Below are positions 1 to 11,175 of a stretch of 64,000 nt of DNA, piece after piece. The notes beneath the pieces are model-generated. The model searched no databases and was not told the DNA's origin. It saw only the letters and a program-made list of their open reading frames with translations. How positions within the stretch are numbered: position 1 is the first letter of the stretch; each line of letters begins with the position of its first letter. The stretch spans positions 58,838,001-58,902,000 of the forward strand of contig NC_086379.1 of assembly GCF_036588685.1 (NCBI RefSeq), read 5' to 3'. The translations under genes and the position numbers were made by a program. The stretch comes from Mytilus trossulus. Its lineage: Eukaryota.

Positions 1-1976
1 TAGTTTGTAACAGAAGAAAAACAGTGTTTGCATATATCTGAATTTTTAGCTAAATCATCAGGGGTCAAATTTTTGTCTTGAAAGTAGTATGGTAATTTGT
101 CCATCTTTTCTAACCTCAATTTGCATTTTCTCTTTACAATAAAGTTACATATATTGCATTTGTCATATCAAGATTCAAACCTTGTAGCCTGCAAAAAATG
201 AGAATCATAAAGAAAAATCTCAAATCCTTTATAATCAGCTATATTTGTAGCAAAAAGAGAATTTATTCAAGGAATGGGTGAGGGACGAAAATGAGATATG
301 TCAGGGGAGCACATCTGTAGAGAATGTAAGGTGCATGGAACCTTTTTCTTATTGATAATTGGTACATCTTGCTCAATTCTCTTTGTGCTGGCTGCCCTCT
401 ACGACTTAAGAAAACAAGCCTTGCAAATACAGTCATTTTCCATAAGTTCATATTTTTGTTGTATATAATTTATAACTATGTCAGATTGTTGAAGTCTGTG
501 ATTAGTTGAAATCATCTTTTTCTTTTCATGAGTACTACAATTATTCAGGTTAGCTTTGGGAACATATTTTAAGCTGCTTCCAATATTAGAAACTGGACAC
601 AACTGAACAGTAGTACAATGTTTAGCCTTTGGTCTCTAAATGTGTTTGGACTTTCTGTAAGGTTCTGTTTTAGCAATTGGATTATTTACTGCTTCCGTTA
701 GTTTAGTATCAATATTTTTTGTTGTTGACTTTTAAGAGGAGAATTAAAAATTATTACGATATTTCTTGATGCCCATTTTGTCAACTTGGTTTATGAGGGG
801 TGGAAAATCCCCCACGTTGAACTGAAATAGCATTTTAAATAGAGTCGATAGGTATTTTTTTTAAACCAAAAAAAAATAGTATTTCAGAAGTATCAAATTT
901 TACATTCAATATAAAATAGAATTATATCATAACAGAGACATATCAGAGCCAAAACCAAATTTAAATATTAAACCACACACACAATGATGTCGAAAAACAG
1001 TATCACACTGTTCTGTTTTACTTGAGATAAAGGAACTTTCTTTAAAACCACCACTACTATATTATATATATATATACGATCAGATTTTAAAACTGAATTA
1101 CATTAAGTGTAAACGTGTTCAATTATTAAACAAAGACGAAAGTTAAGGAGAAAACTTTACAAGTTTTGAGAGCAACCAAAAACTCGGCAGCAGATTATGC
1201 CAAATGACATGTACGTCAGAAAAGAACGCTGTTGACAAATTACGTGTAGCGTTCTTTTTACTGTGAAAGTTACGGTGTTAGTGCGATTGATTGGGTTTAA
1301 TGGGAAAGTTTATGATAGTACATGAACGTGTTCGCAAACCGGTGAGAACCTTTCTAACCAACCACACTACCCACCAGACCAGACACCAACAACGAACCAA
1401 AGAGAACTTCACATGAAATATAAACGCTAAAGATAAATTAATTACTATAGTACTGCTACAACAACTGCATATCACCAAGACATAGTTTCAAGGTCGGCGC
1501 CAAGTCTCTTTATACGTGTGTGTGTGTAAGTCGGATAGGCTTTTCATATGTAATGTTATCAATTATCAGATCAGTCTTTAGTTTGATGTTCTGAATGGAA
1601 ACACAAAATCGTTTCAAGTGTATAATAACTTTTATTATTAACCAGACATAATATTGAAAACAACTGGACCATGGATTAACAGCAATAAATCTCTTCAAAC
1701 AACAATTAACAATAGTCCGTATAGATTCGACAAACAGGTAATAATACTCTAAAACAGTTACACCAAAAACCCACATTCAGGAAACAGATTATATCAGCAA
1801 CTCTCCATATAAATACATGTAAAGTACTACACAAATAAACAAGTCACTATTTTCGTAACTCTCTTTTTATAATATAAAAAGATGTATAAATAGCCACCCT
1901 AACTATTCAAAACAAACGGCCACTTTTGCCGAGTTGACGCACCTTTCTCTTATTTAAAGTTAAAATTCATTATTAA

Positions 1977-3477
1977 CCCTTTCCCATTCAGGCATTTTTG
2001 ACCTTTACTTGTTTAAATGACATTCGCATCAATGGTCATACATATGTCATGTTGGGCTCAAATGAAAGATAATTGGTAAAATATTTAAAAAAAATAAAGT
2101 TTAAAGATAATTTGTCATTTTTTGGTCACGTGAGTGTTGGACAAAAAGTAAAAAAATACGAAATCCTTGGTCAAAAAGTCGTGCAGAGACATATTGGTAC
2201 GCTAATAGGGCCAGGTTTTGGTGGAAACACAATGCCTCGAGACTATTGAAGCCATATAAGTTATCATAGTGGTATAAAAAGACGAATAACGTGCTATATG
2301 TCTTGAAATATAGTTGTCCGAAACATTCAAAATAACAGATTTTGGCCACTCTTTTTGTCCAATTTCAAACTTGGACCCTAGTTATTTGTCTAATTCGTTT
2401 TCAATCAATCAACAACCTAAATTTGTTTTTATGAAGGAAAAATTCATTGAATTACCAATGCTAGCTTGATCTGGGACACCCTTGACCGAGCCCCATGGAG
2501 CAAAGAGGGGGGCAATTTGGCACACACCTTCTTTTAAAAAAAAATAGTAGGTTTTCTTTTTGAAATTGAAAGTTAAGTTAAATTTAATATAGGAAATTAT
2601 TTTCCAACTCCTGCAGTGGGATTCGAATCTCAATCTCAGCGTCTTGGGATAGATCAGCGCACCACTGCGCAACTGGCATTGTAATGAATTTATTGAAATT
2701 TAAGTACTAAAGTCAACTACTACTGAAGAAATTTAAAAAAAAATAATAATGTAAAGATTCTCACCCACTTTGTTTTCCTTTTGGAATTGTGTGTTCGGAG
2801 GATAATTTTTTGTTGCCAAATGCATGATTTTTACGCAAATCTAGGAGGAATCCGCTCTTTAAATTGTAAATTTTTCATTGAAATATACATGCTCCTTTAT
2901 TCAAACAAAAGTATTTTCAACTTTATCATACCGCAACACTTACGAAACCATGTTTTGTAACATCTATTTCAACTTTGCAAAAAAATTTCAGAATATTTTA
3001 GTGGTTTTTGTCTCTTTTCTCATAATATCTTTAAGAAATGACTTCGGATTTTTAGCGCATTTCAAGTTTGTGATTGCGCTGTTACACTAAAAATTACATT
3101 TGCTTCAAGTGTACAAGTTAGAACTATTAGTTTAATACTATTCTTTAAAAACTCACTGCACAGTTATTGAAAAAAGTCATAAATCGTTTTAAAAGAGCAG
3201 TTTTCTTTGAACTTCTTTTTGAGAATATTCCTCAAATTTCGAAGAATAATAAATGTTTTTTACAAAAAAATTACACATCAGTTAGGGGCGTCTTGTTTAT
3301 TAACTAATAATGATAGAGGGTTGATACACATTTAATCGCATTGCTGGTTATCTGCGGATTAATTTAAGCCCTTCACCACATCTGTACGTCATCAAATTGC
3401 GATGGAACAAGTCTAATTGCCCCCAAAAAATCTTGAAATTGGCTCCGGTAAGCTGTACCGGTGTGAATTGGAGAGGG
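1977..3477. mobile_element. Non-autonomous piggyBac-type DNA transposon (1.5 kb)
   Basis: TTAA|CCCTTTCCCATTCA at the left end and TGAATTGGAGAGGG|TTAA at the right end (12/14 inverted match), with TTAA on both sides. No transposase ORF. Confidence 0.7.
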
Positions 3478-3680
3478 TTAAACTTTATTCTCAAATCTTA
3501 GAATCTTTAGAAAACAAGAACGGTAGTAAAATTCTGGCCTCCGTATAAAACTAGAAACTAGAACAATTATATATGAACTGCATGAATAGTTAAACTGCTG
3601 CTTTAGAAAAACTGTACCTTGAAAGTTATGAGACAAGTTTATTTTACTGCTATCCGGAACTAGGGACAAGCTGGAACTTA

Positions 3681-4674
3681 AGCTGGGGTCACACATTCAC
3701 GATTTTTACTACCGTTCTTGATAGGACCATTCCCGATTAAAATTTATTAAAAGTCTGATCAAGATCCTGTGAATCGTGGATGGAAATTCAAACTTAAATT
3801 AAAATTTGTAAAAAAAATAATTTGATCACGACAACAATCAGATAGTATTCAGGAAGCACCGATATTCAACCGTTTCTAAGCGAATTAGTCCCGATAATAC
3901 CGTTCTGAATCCGCTTCTAATCCGATTTGTATTTTTCGCCAGGTCAAATTCGACCGAGTCTGTCACGACTGCGTCCCGACTCTACCGAATGTTATCCGAC
4001 TGAGATCAGACAGTGACCGGACAGTAAACCGACGCTGACGGAAGTTATCCGTTCGAAAACTGTCGGCATATTCGGGATGATCAAGTACTGTCGGAACGTA
4101 ATCCTATCATAGTCCGCTCTATCGCATTGCAAACGGCTTTGTCTGGTCTCCGTCGTATTGTATTCTGTAATTGTCGGGACTCTGACGTGGGTATCATTGA
4201 CGAATTTCGTATTAATAACGGGACTGTTTCGGAACGGTTTCGGCAAAAACCGGTTCGCAATCGACAAGATCTGGATGCAATCTGGACTCAATCGGCAGAA
4301 AAACAACTATGAAAAATTACTCCTGATCATTCCCGTTCCACAGGACACCGTCCAGAATACACAAGACATTGTTCGGAATTCGATCCGATACAGCAGAATC
4401 TGTCACGACATAGCCACGATTGTAATCCGACTAGACAAAATCGGCTGAGTTGCCCCGAATGTTACGGGACGCACCTAACTGTCGGGATGCTTTGCCGAAC
4501 TATTCGGACCCTTCCCGATCCGTAGGAATCTGTTACGAACTAAAACGAATGCGTTCAGACAATGATAGGACATTCCAGATAATTTAGGATACTAATCCGA
4601 CTTTTTCACTTTTCGTGTCGTATTGCTGTCTGATCTCAATCGGGAGCAATAATCGGCAATGTGTGAACCCCGCA
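3681..4674. mobile_element. PIF/Harbinger-like MITE (~1 kb, GC-richer, CCGA/TCGG-rich interior)
   Basis: Imperfect TIRs GCTGGGGTCACACATTCACGATT / AATCGGCAATGTGTGAACCCCGC. TTA flanks at 3678-80 and 4675-77. Sharp GC shift at both ends. Confidence 0.7.
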
Positions 4675-6385
4675 TTACATAACATACTATCAATCTTACG
4701 CTAGTGTTGTTATTGCGCGTGAGAGAAATTCCAAATATGGGCGAAATCAATGACCTAATAAGGAAACTTCCATATAAGGTTCATATCTTTGCACTTAATG
4801 TCTTAGAAACACGACATCATACCAGCCCTTTTACTGTGAAAGGTGCGCAACGTCGGTGCAAAAATAGTTCGTAAGAAGATATTACAATAATCAGAATAAA
4901 ACTCTATTCTACATAAATCTTACATAAAATGCTCTTAAGACATTTATCTCTATATTGAAAAACATACAAAAATATAATTACAACATGGTCAAGACAGTCT
5001 TCAAATTATACTATTGCTCAGTATTTTCATTATATTTATCACAACACGTGACTTCCGGTTAACGCCAAAGTAAAAGTAACGTACATTTTATTACAAGCTA
5101 CCGGTCTTAAAACCATGCTTTCTGTTACTCAGGAACTTACAATATAAAAACATTTATACAATACATAGGTAATTATGACATAAAGTACACACCCTCCTTG
5201 CTATATATAATAATACTAAGTACAGTTGTGGTAGAGACATAGACAAACAATGTCAACCTAATTAAATTAAAACATGCAATCTCCATAATTCATAAAGTTT
5301 TCACAAGGTTTGGTAAACAATACTTCCCAAACAAATGAACAATATCAATAATTTGCGCACAACTGTTTTCTGAAATCGTCACATTACCCCCTCCTTACAA
5401 AAAGTGGGTTATTTACAAACAAAAACGATAACTGTCGCTACCTCATATCACATAGATAAACTTTGTTATACATATAAATAGTAAATAACATTATGACAAT
5501 TTCAATAGATAATAAAATAATACTATTTGACCTATTTAAAAGTTGTAATGGTTTCCACTTTTAATTATAACCACTCATTTACTGCTATAATACAATAACC
5601 CATATACATTTAAACTACAATTTTCTTTATTAATTCCCCCCTTATTTTTAACTTAAGTTATGCAATTTTGAACAATAGATATTATAAACGTACATAAGTT
5701 CTTAGTGATTTCGTGATAAGCATATCACTACTAGAGTGTCCACTAAGTATCTTCTTCATCCGGATAGTAGTTGAGATCTTGATGTAATATAATGTAACTA
5801 ATGGAATTATAAACTAGTATACAAATCAAATGGTATAAGCACCTTTATTGTTATTACATTTCAATTTTTTTTTTAAATACAGTTAGTTCTTAAACCATGA
5901 CATTTCTATAACAGGAACTATACCTGTGACTAAAAGTTAAGTATTTCAAATTTTAAAGTTTTAAATCCTGAAATACAATTTAAAATAGCATATCAATTTC
6001 AGATATATTACCAATGTTTAATCGAACGATAGACTTGGTCTACAACCAACACCAATACTACATGTTTGGGTAGTTGGTGTTTGGGTATCTTTGGTATGGA
6101 TCTCCTTATAATTGGGATCAGTAACATAGGTCGAAGTCAATTCGTATACAGTTCCGTCCGGTAGGTCAGAAAGTAACGTGGGGGGTTCCCGAATTCCACT
6201 TATTTGACAGTTTTTTTTTACCTACGTTTATTTATTCTTCGGACAAATGTTTTCATTGTGTTTATTTTGTAGATGTATCATTGTTAACTAAATGGTTTCA
6301 CCACTTAAATTTAATTTTGAATCGATATGGAATCATAGAAAAAAAAGTTGGTCTCAACTAACCTCCTAGCCATCAATGAAATGAA

Positions 6386-6826
6386 TAAAGTCATCATAGA
6401 TACCAGGAGTAAATTGTGTATACGCCAGACGCGCGTTTCGTCTACAAACGACTCATCAGTAACACTCGAATCCAAAAAAGTTAAAAACGCCAAATAAAGT
6501 ACGAAGATGAAGAGCATTGAGAACCAAAATTCCTAAAAGTTTTGCCAAATACAGCTAAGGTAATCTATGCCTCAGGTAGAAAAGCCTTAGTATTTCAAAA
6601 AAATCAAAAATTTGTGAACAGTAAATTTATAAATATAACGATATCAAAAAATTAATGACAGTTCATGTCAGCACAAAACGTGCTGACTACTGGGCTTGCG
6701 ATACCCTCGGGGCAAATAAATCTCCACCAGCAGTGGAATCGACCCACTGGTTGTAAACAAACTTATCATAGATACCAGGACTAAATTTAGTATACGCAAG
6801 ACGAGCGTTTCGTCTACAAACGACTC
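6386..6826 (-). mobile_element. Hammerhead-containing retrozyme-like repeat (family A), about 1.2 tandem units of 372 nt
   Basis: TCATAGATACCAGGA...GACGCGCGTTTCGTCTAC recurs 372 nt apart. The same family occurs at 9.1k, 27.3k, 28.6k, 36k and 57.1k. Confidence 0.85.
6423..6464 (-). ncRNA. Minimal type I hammerhead ribozyme
   Basis: Minus strand reads UGUUA-CUGAUGA-GUC(GUUUGUA)GAC-GAAA-CGCGC-GUC-UGGCG. Core is intact and helix III is palindromic. Confidence 0.8.
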
Positions 6827-6833
6827 AAATCCA

Positions 6834-6920
6834 CACGACGGGTGCCGTATACGGTGCAGGAAATGCGTACCCTTCCGGAGCACCTCATTTCACTCCCGGT
6901 TTTTAGTGGAGTTCGTGTTG
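6834..6920 (+). repeat. Conserved structured motif of the PLE-associated 3' region (GGGTGC...TACCCTTCCGGAGCACCT)
   Basis: Homologous to copies at 15.6k (+), 27.5k (-), 47.0k (-) and 47.7k (-), with compensatory changes. Confidence 0.7.
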
Positions 6921-9020
6921 TTTCTTAATTATTATTATAACTGTTGATGTAAATGTCCTTTGGTTTTGTGAGAATTTGTTTATTCCTTGGTGTTGATTGT
7001 TAATTTCTGTAATGAGGAGTAATCAAATTTCACCCATGCATAAATTCGCATCCTCAAAAGTCTTATAACAGAGCTTTTGTTTAATTTCTTCAGATGATTT
7101 GAACAATGAAGTTGAGAATGGAAGTTGATATTTATAGTCCATGCTTTCATTTCGTTTTTTTTAAATGGATACTTGTAACATATTGTATTTGCTAATTTTA
7201 AAAATACTAGGAATATATTGCTGCGGTGATTGAATTTGTAATTGGTCTTGTTGAGTTGATAATCTGGATTTAGAATGTTCGGTTTTTGGTTCCGCTTGTG
7301 TCCAAATATATGGTAACGAGATGTCTACAAGAGTGGCGATGCCACTGTCACGGCAGCTGTGTGTATCAACGGCGAAAAAAATAGCAACGATACCATTACC
7401 TCAAATTTCTGGCATGCTAGTGAGTATTGCATCGTGGGAAAAGTTGAGATTGAAATATCGTTGTGGAAGACTGTGAGGATGGCAGGTTCTCGGAAGAAGT
7501 TATTGATGATTCTCAAGCAGAAGAAGAAAGAGGTGGTGTGTGAGTCGTAATATTGGAAAAATGGACAAATACTCCTGATTAATGTGCCGATGATGGTTTT
7601 TGTAGAATTTCACAAAATAGTAGAAATGGTGATATATTGATAGAAGATAGAGGGTGCTGAAAGACTGTCATAGATACTATCGTACGGAGATTGGACGCCA
7701 TTATTTTGTCTATCACTGTGAAGGCCGATGATAAGTTGTTGTCGGTTTCAATAACACTCTCAAACTCTGCAAAGATTGGTAAGATAGTATCTTCTTCGTC
7801 AATGAGATCATCTTTCATGGCATCATCCAAAAATATTTGACAAATTTCATGCATATCGCTTTTTTCATTATGTACTGGCTTGGCGGCTTTCCATGCTAAG
7901 TTAAACAATATCTCGCTATGGGTCTATTTTCATCTGACAGAAGTAAAAGTAGCCGTATTTTCGAAAAGTACAATAGTGTTCTAATCTATTCTGAATTAAT
8001 AGCAACTCATTTAGACCCTCGTAGTAAAAAGACTAATAAAAACGATTTAAAAATTACGAGTAAATTTCAAGCTATAGAAATGAATTGAAAATTATCTCAA
8101 TAACCCGTCGAGATGGTCATCTTATCTGAAAAACTACAACCGACTCTTCTCAGGCGATCAGGTAGAACCGACGTATTGGAATCCACTGCCTCGCCTAAAC
8201 TACCTTAATATTTTTGTTTATATTTATTGTCCACTTTATTTCTATCTCGGAAAGGTACCTGCTTTGTATATCCGGAAGTAACCACAAACATTTTGGAAAA
8301 AAACGCTTCCGTTTGCCTTCTAAAACTAGAGGCCATAATTAACGAGAAAACTATATGCAGCGGTATCTCCTCAACCGTTATCGACTCAGCTTTCAGACAG
8401 TGATGCGTTTCAGACACAACGCGTCCGTGTGCCTTCAACATCACATCGAGTTCTACTACTCTTCTGCCTTCCATTCAAGTATTGTTTTTGTTAAGATCGA
8501 TACTTTCTTCGTCTATAGTTATTTCACAACCAATTTCAGTTAAATTATTTGTATGCTTGTCATGGTCTTGTAAATTCGGCTTTGGAAACAGGTGTTTCTT
8601 ATGGTAATTTTTACGTATGCCTTTTATATTTCTGAATCAATTATTGTTGTTAGTCAGAAAAGAGTTATCTACCTGGTTTATGGTACCATATAAAAAAAGA
8701 AACACAATAGTACATAATTAGTTCAGCGGCCCCACAAAGAATTGTTTCCCTTTGTCCATTCCTACTCAAAATGGTTTTAACATTTAACGATGCGTGGTAT
8801 TGATCGCCTTTCTTATAAACTTAGAAATGCAGAGTTTGGTAAACTACGGTTGCCGTTATTGATAGTCGCATGTAAAGACAAACCAAAGTAACAAAAAACC
8901 CATACTTCGATTTATAATGGAATGAATTTAAACTGGTGACTTAGATGGCGAGTTGTCTCATTGGCATTTACACCACATTTTCTTATATCATTAACCCTGT
9001 ACGAATCACACCGACTTCAG

Positions 9021-9452
9021 ATAAGCTGTATTTGATGCAACGTTTAGGAATTTTTAGTCCTCAATGCTACAAACGACTCATCAGTAACACTCGAATCCAA
9101 AAAAGTTAAAAACGCCAAATAAAGTACGATGATGAAGAGCATTGAGAACCAAAATTCCTAAAAGTTTGCCAAATACAGCTAAGGTAATATATGCCTCAGG
9201 TAGAAAAGCCTTAGTATTTCAAAAAAATCAAAAAATTGTGAACAGTAAATTTATAAATATAACGATATCAATGACAGTTCATGTCAGCACAAAACGTGCT
9301 GACTACTGGGCTTGCGATATCCTCGGGGCAAATAAATCTCCATCAGCAGTGGCATCGACCTACTGGTTGTAAACAAACTTATCATAGATACCAGGACTAA
9401 ATTTAGTATACGCAAGACGCGCGTTTCGTCCAAAACGACTCGAATCCACACG
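9021..9452 (-). mobile_element. Retrozyme family A copy with a short inverted fragment at its left edge
   Basis: 9067-9452 is near-identical to 6440-6838. 9021-9066 is a + orientation piece of the same family. The two hammerhead halves sit at opposite ends of the unit. Confidence 0.8.
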
Positions 9453-10960
9453 ACAGATTTAGGTTTAAGTCACATGGCACCAAATCGAAATGGCTGATTG
9501 ACGGCTAGACTTATTTAAAAATATAACTGAAATGACGTCATCGATAACACCTATTTATTCATCAAAGCTTAGAAAATGTATACTAGTAAAATTTAAATAA
9601 ATTTGTTATTCCCACACAAATTAATTAAGTCACTGAAATTGCACGGCTTTAACAGCTAACATGATAATGCAACTCGTGTTTTCATTGTTTCTCGCAAACA
9701 TCAGACAAGAGTATGCCACTGCAACACTGGTAATTTGCCTTAAATTAACTTTTGTTTCATCTTTCACACATACTAATACAAGTGTTTTAAGTAAATGTGG
9801 ACTATGTGTGTTCAAGAATACAAGTAAATGCGGACTATTGGTATTCAAGAATGCAAGTCAATTTTTATTGAATATTAAAGTACAATAGTAGAAAGAAAAA
9901 CGCGTTTAAAAAATTTCAACAATACAAGTAAGTAATGGTGTCTTTGCTAGATGCACACAATTGATTTTTAAGTCTGTTTCTTTGTTTGAATGTGTTTCCT
10001 GCAAAGTTTAAGTCTCTTGTCGATTTTCAAGTATTCTGGCCTTAAGCATCACTGGTGAGACATATATTGTCCAAATATGCATATTGGGTTATATAATGCG
10101 TACTGTTACTGATTGGTCTTCATCGTAAATATTCTATTTTGTCTAAAAGTAAGAGAACAATCGTGTTTGAAATTATTGTTTAAAAAAGTAATTTCCAATG
10201 TAATAAAGGAGAGTACTTATTCTGGCAGATAGAAATGTTAAAAGTTCTGAAACTACCAATAATGTATATGGTATGTACCAGGCTGTTAGTGTTTTATTTT
10301 AAATGTTTATAGATTTTGCTTATTGCTAAAGGTGGTGTGACCTTTAGGTTGTTTGGATCTTTTTCAAATGAGCTCTACAGATAGTTGTCTCATGAGCAAT
10401 CATGCAACATCTTCTTATTTTTTTTTACTGAAATTCCATTTGAGAAAATGTGACCTCAACATGCTAAATTTATGATGTTGATAGAACCGTGATTTCATGT
10501 TTTGAATGATGCACATGAATATGTCTTGATCACTTAGCATGCTTGCATAGTCATAATCTGTATTACTCGTTAAATTGAGCAGCTTCAATAATTTTTTTGC
10601 CCCATCATGAATTTAAAAATTTACATCTTCAGCATCTTTTTCTTCTGTGTACAAATGACAAGAGAGTTAATGATCATTTGAATTCGAACCACTTGCATTT
10701 TGCGCTTTTTTGCTGAAAATATGAACGATCACTGAAACAATGAAAACGAAATGGTTGTTAAAAGTTTTTCATAGACATCGACGACTAAGTGTGCAATATT
10801 TGCCCTTTTATTGAACATGTACACCTGTATACATGTTTTTTTGAAAATTTCATTTTGTGTGCAAGTGAAATATTTATTGTACAAATGACAAATTTTTATT
10901 CTTACTCTCATATATATGACTGTTTATCGACATATATTTTACTGTAAGAGTTGAGAGTAT

Positions 10961-11175
10961 TCACATCTAGAACTTGACAATGAGGGTCGGTTGGAAACAA
11001 AACTTTACGACAGAAGAGATGATTTCGGCTTCCCAATTGTTAACTTTCCATTTATATGTAGCAACATTCCAGCAGCGCTTACATACGGCGTATATATCTA
11101 CCAATTGATACGATATTTCCGGGCTTTAATTTCCTATTACGATTTCCTTGATAGAGGGTTGCTGCTTACAAGAGT
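10961..11175 (+). pseudogene. Penelope-like retroelement RT C-terminal fragment
   Basis: Translation HLELDNEGRLETKLYDRRDDFGFPIVNFPFICSNIPAALTYGVYIYQLIRY matches the PLE RT thumb motif YDKRDDF.F.IVNFP...SNIP...YGVY.SQLIRY. Confidence 0.85.

Noticed and set aside
8205-8474. ORF starting MEGRRVVELDVML, resembling the start of some Mutator/Kolobok-type transposases; nearby CTACC|TTAA at 8204 looks like a TTAA element end
   Set aside because: The expected CxxC motifs are absent and no matching left terminus was found.
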